Of a DNA stretch of 36,798 nt, positions 8,210 to 16,309 are shown one piece after another. Source of the stretch: Candidatus Iainarchaeum sp. (lineage in GTDB: Archaea; B1Sed10-29; WALL01; JAGHAM01). The stretch lies in assembly GCA_021161465.1 (NCBI GenBank), contig JAGHAM010000007.1:1-36798 (forward strand). Reading direction: 5' to 3'. The notes beneath the pieces are model-generated. The model was not told the DNA's origin. It saw only the letters and a list, made by a program, of their open reading frames with translations, and made no database searches. How positions within the stretch are numbered: the first letter of the stretch is position 1; every line of letters starts with the position of its first letter. The position numbers were made by a program, and so were the translations under genes.

Positions 8210-8793
8210 CTTAGCAACCTCCCAGACCTGTAATCATCTGTTATCTTCCTTCTTTCCTTCCAACCACACTGTGGGCACTCTAGAACTCCCTCCTTCAACT
8301 CGAGGGGATGCCTGCATCTTGAGCAAAAAGCTTTAATGACACCATAGTGCTTGCCTTTGGTAGAAAGAGATATCCCATTCTGTGAAGCGTCTATGACCCT
8401 TGCCCTAATTATGTCACCAGGCTTTAACTCATCGTCAAGCGACTTAACGTACCCCTGTTTAATCTCACTGATTCTTAGGGTGGTAGGTATGCCTGCTGAG
8501 TTGTACCTGTGCTTACCATGCACCAATGGCGCCAGCTTAATGAACGCTACATTCTCAAAAGCTTTTTCAACAGAGCCAATTACCACGTCTCCCCTGCTGT
8601 GCTGTGCGGGTGTACTCACAGACGTTGTAACTTTGACTTCTCTTTTCTTCATATCCTCCAGTGGGACTCCAATTACTGCTGCTTTAACCCTTCCATCGTC
8701 TGAAAAGGCACCCTGCCCGGGGAGGAACACTTCCTCATTTGCTATGAAGTCTCCTGGAAACAAAAGTTTTGGCTGTTCTGTCATGATTGCCAC
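8206..8793 (-). CDS. csl4: Exosome complex RNA-binding subunit Csl4
   Basis: N-terminal domain, then an S1-like central region, then a C-terminal zinc ribbon CSRCRHPLELKEGVLECPQCG. The csl4-rpoL adjacency is conserved in archaea. Confidence 0.8.
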   Translation of the reverse strand: MAIMTEQPKLLFPGDFIANEEVFLPGQGAFSDDGRVKAAVIGVPLEDMKKREVKVTTSVSTPAQHSRGDVVIGSVEKAFENVAFIKLAPLVHGKHRYNSAGIPTTLRISEIKQGYVKSLDDELKPGDIIRARVIDASQNGISLSTKGKHYGVIKAFCSRCRHPLELKEGVLECPQCGWKERRKITDDYRSGRLLR

Positions 8794-8849
8794 CTAGAAC
8801 TAAGTGGAATAGTTATGCGCGTGCTTATTTATAAACTTGAGCAATCAAA

Positions 8850-9665
8850 ATGGGAGATATGCAACTAGTTTTCCATCCTATCTACCTAGAGCATGACACC
8901 GGGATGCACCCGGAGAATGCAGATAGGGTCAGGTGGGCACTGGAAGAGGATTACATAAAACCCAAAAGTGGAGAAAATTTCTTAGAACTAGTGCATTCAA
9001 AGGATTACATCAAACATGTTAAGGAATACTGCCAGTCTGGCTCCCCTCTGGACGCTGACACTCCAACAGGTCCAAAAAGTTACGACGCGGCCTGCTACGC
9101 TGTGGGTGGAGCTATAAAGGCTGCAGAGATTAACGGCTTCGCCTTGGTAAGGCCCCCGGGCCATCACGCCCCACATGGTGGGTTCTGCTTGTTCAACAAT
9201 ATGGCCATAGCTGCAATGCATCTAGCAAACAACGGCAAGAAAGTCTTGATTGTAGACTGGGATGCCCATCATGGCAATGGAACTCAGGAAACCGTGCTTG
9301 GCAACGAGAACCTCTGGTATTTCTCAACTCACCAATACCCATTTTACCCTGGAACTGGAGGAGAGAGTATTTCTAACTGCACCAACCTTCCACTAAGCCC
9401 CGGCACTGGTGACAGTGAATATATCAAGGCCATTGACTCTGTATTGCCAGGTATACTCAACGAATTTGAACCAGATATAATTGGTGTTTCAGCTGGGTTT
9501 GACTCCATGCTTGGTGACCCGCTAGCAAGCCTGCAGCTCACTGAAAAAAGCTACCTCCACATCTGCAAGCTCATTAAAGATTATGAAAAATTCTTTGTGC
9601 TTGAGGGTGGATATATTCCAGAAAACATCAAATCTGCTGTGAAGGCAATAACCTCGTTTTTCTAG
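8850..9665 (+). CDS. Histone-deacetylase-family (HDAC/AcuC/acetylpolyamine amidohydrolase-like) deacetylase, compact form
   Basis: RPPGHHAPHGGFCLFNNMAIA and IVDWDAHHGNGTQE, which are the charge-relay His-His and metal-binding Asp-His motifs. At 271 aa it is shorter than typical HDACs. Confidence 0.75.
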   Translation: MGDMQLVFHPIYLEHDTGMHPENADRVRWALEEDYIKPKSGENFLELVHSKDYIKHVKEYCQSGSPLDADTPTGPKSYDAACYAVGGAIKAAEINGFALVRPPGHHAPHGGFCLFNNMAIAAMHLANNGKKVLIVDWDAHHGNGTQETVLGNENLWYFSTHQYPFYPGTGGESISNCTNLPLSPGTGDSEYIKAIDSVLPGILNEFEPDIIGVSAGFDSMLGDPLASLQLTEKSYLHICKLIKDYEKFFVLEGGYIPENIKSAVKAITSFF

Positions 9666-9671
9666 AAGACT

Positions 9672-12377
9672 TCAAAACAACTTTTTAGATTCCATCTGGC
9701 CGTCACAACCCTGGAAAGTGACCTCATAGGAGTGGCTTGTGTCTACCTTGACTGTTTTAGCGTAAAATGTATAGCACTTCTGCACATCCTCCTTGAGAAT
9801 TGTTTTTCCATCCTCCTTCAACTCAACCCACTTTATGCCATTTTCGTAGTTCACAAAATAAACCAGGTTTGTGGTTATAGGAGAGCGGTAGCTCACATCA
9901 ACTTCCTTTAATGTCGGAGTTTCAAGTGATGAATTCGTCGAGAGAAGCGCTTTGATTGTTGTGTTCTGGCTGCTGAAGCCTGGCGACGTGTTGTTTTCAA
10001 CTGTGCTCCATTGCCCATTGTTATCAAGCTGGAGTGTTACCCCCTGCTTGTCTGAATACCAGCTCACGTTGAAGAAATTCGCCTCTGCATCCAGGCTTAG
10101 TTTCCTGGACTTGAAATATCCAGATGGCAAATAGCCCTTCCTGGGACCGCCCAGCATCAAGAGGGTTTCTCCTGAGTTTGATTCGCCAAACGGCGCGCCA
10201 AACAAAGCATCACTGAAACCGTCCCCATCGAAATCAGCAGAAGTTGTTGAAGTACCGACCATCGCACCCGAAGCTACTGGACTGCCCATAAATATAGCGT
10301 AACTTGGGTAAGGCCTCTCTGGGGCATCTGATGGGCAATCATTGTCATCATAATCCACCTGACCATCAAGGTCATTGTCAACAGAGTCAAAGCAGTTCTC
10401 CTTGACATTGCATGAATAACCACGCGAGAATCCTGTGGATACTCCCATCACATAATTTTTAAGCGCGAGCCAATCAAGGAAGTCAACACTGCCATCGTTG
10501 TTTACATCCCCACAGCAAATTGGTTGGTCGCCCGTACCTGTACCATTCGCGCCTATTGAAAGCTCAGTCATAGACAGAAGTTCCATGGGGTCAAAACATA
10601 TAGGCTGTAAACCAAGCCCAATCACCCTACTCAACGTCATCAGGTCCCTGAAGTCAACTACATCGTCTCCGTTTACATCCCCAATGAACTGGCTCCCGCT
10701 GCACTTGTACTCAAAGTCGCTCAAGTTATACATTCCATCTAGGGGTCCATAAAATATATAGCCCATCCCGGAGTCAACATCACCAAAATAATCACTGGTC
10801 GGAGCCCCTATCAGAACATCATCAAAACCATCATCATCTGCATCCCCAATTCTGGAAACAGAGCTCCCGAACCCATCCCCAGGAAGCATTCCAATCATGG
10901 TTGCATTGGCATTGTTCAAGCTTATTGTTCCGTTTAAGGGCCCATAGAAAAGATATACTCTCCCAGGTATATCTTGATTTCCCGGCGCGCCAATAACTAT
11001 GTCTGACCTGTTGTCCCCGTTTACGTCATCAACTCCTGCAACAGAGTAGCCAGCTCTCCCGCCACGGATGTCTCCTACAAAGATTGCATTCGCCTGGTTT
11101 AGGTTATAGCTTCCTGAAAGGGGGCCATAAAATAGATAAGCCCGCCCTATGCCATAATCATAAGCCGAAACACCTATGAGAACATCGTCATAGCCATCTC
11201 CATTAACATCTCCTGCACCGGCAACACTGTAGTTAAACTCAAATCCTGCAAGCAGTATCTTGAAGGAAGCAGTTGCATCCCCCTCTGTCATGTCACCACT
11301 GATAGGCCCATCAAAGAGATAGGCTTTTGGGGGGGCTGAACCAGAGCACTTTGAGGATATAGAGGAACTCACGACGCTACCAACCAGTAGGTCATCATTG
11401 CCATCACCATCAACATCGCCAGCATTGGCAACTGAAGAGCCAAACTGCTCACACAGGGAACCATATATAGTTGCCTTAGCATTCGCAGGTGTTAGCACTC
11501 CAGAAACAGGAGAAGAGAATAAATAAACCGCACCACTGTGATACCCATTTTTGTCATTAGTTGGGGCCCCAACTGCAAGCATGGAACTAGGCTCAGCCAG
11601 GGTAGCCACAGACCAGCCAGCAAAGTCGCCTGGATTCCCTTTGATAACTGCCCTAGCATTCTGCAGACTTGCATCTGCTGTTGGCTCGGTTACATAAACT
11701 GCTCCAGAGTCAATTCCATTGATATCACTGGCAGGGGAGCCCACGGCTGCCTCCTGTTTTCCGCTGCCAAAATCTCCGGATGCAAGGGAAAAACCAGAAT
11801 TGCTGCCTGCCTCTCCAGTCAGCGTCGCGCTCTGGTGTGATAGTGGAGGTATGTTAAGCTTCTTGTACAGTTGGACACCCTCTCCTGAAACAGAAGTATT
11901 GTAAAAAGTACCATTCCTAAACTCATCAACTCCACTAACCCACGTCCCCGACAGCAAAGCAGGCGATGTTGCAAAGGCTATATCAGGAACCGAGTCACAG
12001 TTTGATATCACCACTTCCATTGGTGCTATACCCTTTCCATCTGAGGTTTCACCAAAAATCACAAACTTGCATTTCTTCGTTGGCATCACGCATTCCGCGT
12101 GCCCACCTGGCTTAATGGTAACGACCTTTCCAAAGTCGCACCTTACCCCATCATTTGTATCAAGATGGTCCAGGGTTATCGCGTCATTGGATGGGTTCGT
12201 AATGAGATATCTGCCCTTTGCCGGGTCGATTGGCTCAACAGAAACATAAAATGGAGCTTTTCCATTCTCGCCGGGACCTAGGATATAGACTGCAAAAAAG
12301 TAAACGCCAAGCACTGCCACTATCGCCACTGTTATCATAAGGACAATCGAAACTGTTTGGGAGATTCCTTTCCTCAT
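9672..12377 (-). CDS. Large (901 aa) cell-surface protein. It has a prepilin-like or signal-anchor N-terminus, a 7-blade FG-GAP (integrin-alpha-like) beta-propeller, two dockerin-type Ca-binding repeats, a Cys/Asp-rich Ca-binding-like segment and a C-terminal beta-rich domain.
   Basis: The N-terminus MRKGISQTVSIVLMITVAIVAVLG fits the class-III signal peptide pattern (basic residues, Gly, then a hydrophobic run). There are seven FG-GAP-like repeats, for example FGSSVANAGDVDGDGNDDLLVG, FNYSVAGAGDVNGDGYDDVLIGVS...AYLFYG and FGSSVSRIGDADDDGFDDVLIGAP. The dockerin-like repeats are GDVNGDDVVDFRDLMTL and CGDVNNDGSVDFLDWLALKNYV, followed by CFDSVDNDLDGQVDYDDNDC. Confidence 0.75.
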   Translation of the reverse strand: MRKGISQTVSIVLMITVAIVAVLGVYFFAVYILGPGENGKAPFYVSVEPIDPAKGRYLITNPSNDAITLDHLDTNDGVRCDFGKVVTIKPGGHAECVMPTKKCKFVIFGETSDGKGIAPMEVVISNCDSVPDIAFATSPALLSGTWVSGVDEFRNGTFYNTSVSGEGVQLYKKLNIPPLSHQSATLTGEAGSNSGFSLASGDFGSGKQEAAVGSPASDINGIDSGAVYVTEPTADASLQNARAVIKGNPGDFAGWSVATLAEPSSMLAVGAPTNDKNGYHSGAVYLFSSPVSGVLTPANAKATIYGSLCEQFGSSVANAGDVDGDGNDDLLVGSVVSSSISSKCSGSAPPKAYLFDGPISGDMTEGDATASFKILLAGFEFNYSVAGAGDVNGDGYDDVLIGVSAYDYGIGRAYLFYGPLSGSYNLNQANAIFVGDIRGGRAGYSVAGVDDVNGDNRSDIVIGAPGNQDIPGRVYLFYGPLNGTISLNNANATMIGMLPGDGFGSSVSRIGDADDDGFDDVLIGAPTSDYFGDVDSGMGYIFYGPLDGMYNLSDFEYKCSGSQFIGDVNGDDVVDFRDLMTLSRVIGLGLQPICFDPMELLSMTELSIGANGTGTGDQPICCGDVNNDGSVDFLDWLALKNYVMGVSTGFSRGYSCNVKENCFDSVDNDLDGQVDYDDNDCPSDAPERPYPSYAIFMGSPVASGAMVGTSTTSADFDGDGFSDALFGAPFGESNSGETLLMLGGPRKGYLPSGYFKSRKLSLDAEANFFNVSWYSDKQGVTLQLDNNGQWSTVENNTSPGFSSQNTTIKALLSTNSSLETPTLKEVDVSYRSPITTNLVYFVNYENGIKWVELKEDGKTILKEDVQKCYTFYAKTVKVDTSHSYEVTFQGCDGQMESKKLF

Positions 12378-12395
12378 AATTCAATTTAAGAACGA

Positions 12396-12409
12396 TTTAT
12401 TTAAAACCC
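12396..12409 (-). promoter_or_regulatory. TATA-box-like element for the minus-strand surface protein gene
   Basis: TTTATTTAAAACCC lies about 20-30 nt upstream of the ATG at 12377. It is a near-duplicate of the element at 12471-12481. Confidence 0.35.
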
Positions 12410-12470
12410 TTGTGTTCCAATGGGAGTACATAGGCTAGGCGGACAAACAACAACCCACAAAAACCAAAAG

Positions 12471-12481
12471 TATTTAAACCC
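12471..12481 (+). promoter_or_regulatory. TATA-box-like element, with a purine-rich BRE-like stretch upstream, for the gene starting at 12502
   Basis: TATTTAAACCC is centred about 26 nt upstream of the ATG at 12502, which suggests a leaderless transcript. Confidence 0.4.
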
Positions 12482-12501
12482 TAATTGAAAACTATTCGTT
12501 C

Positions 12502-13473
12502 ATGCTTGAATCCTTGATTAAGCCAGAGATACTGGAACACAAAAGCTATGAGATGTTTTTCATGGCTTTGGCCATAGGCGCGGTATCTATAACCATGGCT
12601 GCACTGATAACGCGGAACAACACACATCCTTATGCATCATACGCTACCGCTTACCTGGCAGTTGCATTTGCCTGCATAGCTACTGCTCCTATAATGGTGA
12701 GGATAATTCAGAAGGAAGAGAGAAAGGACGAGGTCACGAGGGCAGGGCCTTTTTTTGGTGGCTACTGGTGTGTGATAAAGACATATATTTTCTATTTCCT
12801 TGGTATTATAGTGATATTCTCTCTTGTATTTGCTCTCTTACCAATGGAAAAATCAAACCAACTTTTCTCTGCACAAATAGAAGAACTTGTTAGGATAAGA
12901 GGGGAAAGGATAGAGAACATAACGAACAGTAACTTAGCGGCAAACGTTGTGCGTACGGGAGCTGCCGTGAATAAAACAAATATTTTCTTTAAAATCTTGT
13001 TTAACAATTTGTCCGTGCTTACACTTGCACTTATCTTCTCATTCATATTTGGAGCTGGGGCTATATACATCATAACCTGGAATGCCTCTATAATTGGTGT
13101 TTTGATTGGTGCTGCTGCTAAAGAAGGTATTGGTCTAAAAGTTGGTGTTTGGGAGGCTGGAAAATTCATCGCGATTCACAATGCACTTCCACCTGAATGT
13201 TGCTCGATACTTGGGAGTATCACTCATGCAATTGGTAAAAACATCTTGGTGAGTTACTCTGTTGCCCTGCCTTGCTCCCTGTTAGCCCTCACACCGCATG
13301 GCATCTTTGAAATAAGCGCATACTTTATGGCCGGTCTTGTCGGAGGCATACTCTCAACAATCTCAGTTAACAACAAACTTCCAGACAGGGAAGTAATCCT
13401 ACATTCCACCATACTTCTCGCAGTTGCTATTGCATTCATATTCATCGGAGCAGCTATAGAAGCAGGGCTTTGA
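12502..13473 (+). CDS. DUF95 / SpoIIM-like integral membrane protein
   Basis: A polytopic membrane protein carrying the DUF95 signature LALTPHGIFEISAYFMAGLVGG (the PHG-x-x-E motif). At 323 aa it is longer than typical family members. Confidence 0.5.
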   Translation: MLESLIKPEILEHKSYEMFFMALAIGAVSITMAALITRNNTHPYASYATAYLAVAFACIATAPIMVRIIQKEERKDEVTRAGPFFGGYWCVIKTYIFYFLGIIVIFSLVFALLPMEKSNQLFSAQIEELVRIRGERIENITNSNLAANVVRTGAAVNKTNIFFKILFNNLSVLTLALIFSFIFGAGAIYIITWNASIIGVLIGAAAKEGIGLKVGVWEAGKFIAIHNALPPECCSILGSITHAIGKNILVSYSVALPCSLLALTPHGIFEISAYFMAGLVGGILSTISVNNKLPDREVILHSTILLAVAIAFIFIGAAIEAGL

Positions 13474-13900
13474 AGCCAATGGATGCAAAAGTCACTATTA
13501 CGCCTGCTATCACTACACCAAGACTTATAGCTTTAAGGGCTTTGTCCCTGGGAACTCCTAAAAGGTATGCCGCCAAAGCACCAGAATATGCTCCAGTGCC
13601 TGGCCAAGGTATCATCACAAAGACCATCAAACCCAAGAACCCCCACCTATCCACATATCGGACTGCCTTCTTCTGAACTCTGTTTACCACCCTCCCCACA
13701 ATCTTCCAGTGCCTGACGAACCTGAAGAAGTGGTCTAAAAATAAGAAGGTTGGAAAAAGTAGCAAGATATTGGCTGCAACGCAAATGATGAGAACAACAA
13801 ATGGGTTGAGACCTGTGCTTATTCCATAAGGTATAGAACCCCTAAGCTCCACCCATGGAACCAGCGTTATTAGAACTAGGTATGCAAGCTCCTGAATCAT
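13454..13900 (-). CDS. Small membrane protein of the COG2426 / 'putative small multidrug export protein' family
   Basis: The family-typical N-terminal motif LVPWVELRGSIPYGISTGLNP and about 4 TM helices in 148 aa. Its start overlaps the stop of the SPFH gene in an ATGA. Confidence 0.5.
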   Translation of the reverse strand: MIQELAYLVLITLVPWVELRGSIPYGISTGLNPFVVLIICVAANILLLFPTFLFLDHFFRFVRHWKIVGRVVNRVQKKAVRYVDRWGFLGLMVFVMIPWPGTGAYSGALAAYLLGVPRDKALKAISLGVVIAGVIVTFASIGFKALLL

Positions 13901-14931
13901 TTCTTATCTTTCCTTGTCCTTTTCCTCAACTCTTCAATGATGTCCTCTTTCTTCGCACGTTTCCCTTCTCTTGCTCTCTCCAGGAGCAACTCATTGTACT
14001 TCTCCCTTAGCTCATCCTCAGTTGTTTTAGATGTGCTACCCATCCTGCCAGAAAGCCTTTCTGCCAAGTGTGTTAACTCTATTGGGAATATTATCTTACT
14101 TGACCTTCCCTCAGATATCTTCTCAAGTGCCTGTAAGTATAAATACTGCAATGCTGGGTCAGTAAGTTTTCCTGCAGCATCTCTCACCGCATCAATCCTT
14201 ATAGCCTGTGCCTTTGCAAGCTCCTCTGCAGCATACTTCTGCTGTTCTGCTGCCTTCCTCCTATGCATTGCATCCATAACTTCTGACGGTAGCTCTATGC
14301 TCTGTATCTCAACTTTAACAACACTTATGCCCCAATCTTTCGATATCTGCTCAAGGCCTTTTTGGAGGAGCCTGTTTATCATATCTACCTGGCTTATAAC
14401 AGACTCAAGCTCCATCTTGCCTACGATATCTCTTAGATGGGCCTCAACATAAGCTTTCACTGAAAGTGCAGGGTCCTCAACATTTATGACTGCCGCCTTT
14501 GGGTCGGTTATCTTTAGAAAGGATATGGCATCAACGGTCAAGACAATATTGTCCTTGGTGATGACCTTTTGTGGCTCTATGTTTGCTGTGAACACGCGCA
14601 GGTCAACCACCCTTGGGTCATCTATAAAAGGTATCAAAAACACCCATCCAGGCCCTGCAACCCTATGAAACTTACCATAGCGCAGTATGACGGCCCTCCT
14701 GTACTCAGGGAGCTCGATTATCATACCGGGAGATTTATAGTAGAGAACCGCAAGTATCACAAGGACGCCTATTAGTAATACCAGCTCATCGACGAACTGC
14801 ATAAAATACAGCACAACCAGAGCTAAAAATGCTAGAATCAGGAATATAACAAATGCTCCCGCCTCCTGCCCTTGGGGTCTCTTGTTGGAGGAAGTTATTG
14901 GGTTTATATCACGAAATTTGTTTCGTTTCAT
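13897..14931 (-). CDS. SPFH/band-7 (stomatin/prohibitin-like) membrane protein
   Basis: An N-terminal TM helix is followed by the SPFH core (RRAVILRYGKFHRVAGPGWVFLIPFID...IVLTVDAISFLKITDP...) and a coiled-coil, K/E-rich C-terminus. The start is ambiguous among M at 14988, 14943 and 14931. I chose 14931 (MKRNK) because a TATAAAAT element lies about 26 nt upstream of it. Confidence 0.8.
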   Translation of the reverse strand: MKRNKFRDINPITSSNKRPQGQEAGAFVIFLILAFLALVVLYFMQFVDELVLLIGVLVILAVLYYKSPGMIIELPEYRRAVILRYGKFHRVAGPGWVFLIPFIDDPRVVDLRVFTANIEPQKVITKDNIVLTVDAISFLKITDPKAAVINVEDPALSVKAYVEAHLRDIVGKMELESVISQVDMINRLLQKGLEQISKDWGISVVKVEIQSIELPSEVMDAMHRRKAAEQQKYAAEELAKAQAIRIDAVRDAAGKLTDPALQYLYLQALEKISEGRSSKIIFPIELTHLAERLSGRMGSTSKTTEDELREKYNELLLERAREGKRAKKEDIIEELRKRTRKDKK

Positions 14932-14954
14932 AGCTGCTGGCATTTGTGCACCCG

Positions 14955-14987
14955 AGTATAAAATCAAGCAGTAAGTATATAAAAACA
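14955..14987. promoter_or_regulatory. Compact divergent promoter region with two TATA-like boxes. TATAAAAT at 14957-14964 serves the minus-strand SPFH gene. TATATAAAAA at 14976-14985 serves the plus-strand DUF373 gene.
   Basis: Both boxes lie about 26-31 nt from the respective ATGs (14931 on minus, 15011 on plus). No SD-like motif precedes either start. Confidence 0.4.
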
Positions 14988-15010
14988 TTGGTGTGTAAAA
15001 AATTAGTTAG

Positions 15011-16309
15011 ATGGCAAAAAATAAGATATTGGTTCTGTGTGTAGACCGGGATGATGACCTCGGTAAAAAAGCAGGAATCAAAGCACCGATTATAGGCGAA
15101 AAAGCCAACCTAAAAGCAGCACAGGCTCTAGCACTAGCAGACCCAACTGAATCTGATGTCAATGCTATATACCAGGCAGTAGCAACCTATAGAAAGCTTA
15201 AAGAGGAAGGGGAATATGTTGAGGTTGCAACCATCACTGGGCATCGTGTAAGGGGGACCAAAGCAGACAGGGAAGTTGCAAGGCAGCTTGAGAACCTCCT
15301 TGAAGAGGGGAAGTACACTTCTGTAGCCCTGGTAACCGACGGTGCAGATGACGAGCAGATATTACCGATGCTCCAGAGTAGGGTTAAAATTGAGTTCGTC
15401 AAAACAGTTCTAGTCAAACAAACCAAAGAGCTTGAGAAAAGCTATTATGTAGTAAAGGAAATCCTGAAAGACCCGTACTTTGCCAGGCTGATACTGGGTG
15501 TACCTGGATTAATGGCGCTTATAGGGGTTACAGCTTGGCTCTTAGGTATGGAACACGACGCGCTTAAGCTGGTATTACTCGTAGGTGGAGCTTACTTGTT
15601 CTTTAGAGGTTTTGGGATAGAAGATTTCGTTTCAAAGACTTTAACTGAATTCAAAAAGAGCGCTTCAATAGAAAGGGCAAGTTTCCCCTTGTATATATCC
15701 GCCTTAGTCCTCTTTGTGCTAAGCGTATGGGCCGGGTATGACTATGACACAAATTTTGTTATGCAAAGGGTTACAACTGGGCTGATGGGAAATACTGCAA
15801 AAGAGCTTATGGTATTTAGCTCAGGTTTCATGGTTGGCGCTATGGTCCTCTTCGTCCTGGCGGGAATCCTCTTCTTGGTTGGCAGGATGGTTGATATGTA
15901 CCACAAGAAGAGAGCAGCCCTGGTAAAGAGGTACGCCAGGTCTATCGTGTCTCTTGTAACACTTGCTATTTTAGTGCAAAAGGGTGGAGAATTTATACTT
16001 TGCTGGAATGATGTTATACAAAACGGGCCTAAGATAGCTGACCTGATGTGGTGGGTAGTTATTTCATTTATCCTGACAGCAGCTGGCTTCTATGTCATAA
16101 ACTATATATATGCAATCAGATATGTCAAGCCAAGGCTTAAGAGAGGTTTGGACGTGAAGGGTGTGAACAAGAAGAAACTTGGCGAGATAACAAGCATAGA
16201 TTACAAAAATAGGTGTTTTTACTTCATTAGCGGTGATGTCAGGCAAAAATCCAGTTTTGGTGAGGTTCTGGAAATCTCAAATGAGAAAGTGGTTATATCC
16301 CGCAGTTAA
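15011..16309 (+). CDS. DUF373-family archaeal membrane protein
   Basis: The N-terminal soluble domain MAKNKILVLCVDRDDDLGKKAGIKAPIIGEKANLKAAQALALADPTESDVNAIYQAV matches what I recall of the DUF373/COG2237 family. It is followed by about 7 TM helices. The gene converges on lonB with a 4-nt overlap. Confidence 0.6.
   Translation: MAKNKILVLCVDRDDDLGKKAGIKAPIIGEKANLKAAQALALADPTESDVNAIYQAVATYRKLKEEGEYVEVATITGHRVRGTKADREVARQLENLLEEGKYTSVALVTDGADDEQILPMLQSRVKIEFVKTVLVKQTKELEKSYYVVKEILKDPYFARLILGVPGLMALIGVTAWLLGMEHDALKLVLLVGGAYLFFRGFGIEDFVSKTLTEFKKSASIERASFPLYISALVLFVLSVWAGYDYDTNFVMQRVTTGLMGNTAKELMVFSSGFMVGAMVLFVLAGILFLVGRMVDMYHKKRAALVKRYARSIVSLVTLAILVQKGGEFILCWNDVIQNGPKIADLMWWVVISFILTAAGFYVINYIYAIRYVKPRLKRGLDVKGVNKKKLGEITSIDYKNRCFYFISGDVRQKSSFGEVLEISNEKVVISRS

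Noticed and set aside
8997-9541. Minus-strand ORFs of 65-74 aa inside the HDAC gene
   Set aside because: They are antisense shadows within a CDS that has intact catalytic motifs. No start context.
13937-14452. 171-aa ORF antisense to the SPFH gene
   Set aside because: It is a shadow of the K/E-rich coiled-coil region. The Ser/Leu-rich low-complexity product is an artefact of complementing GAA/AAG-rich codons.
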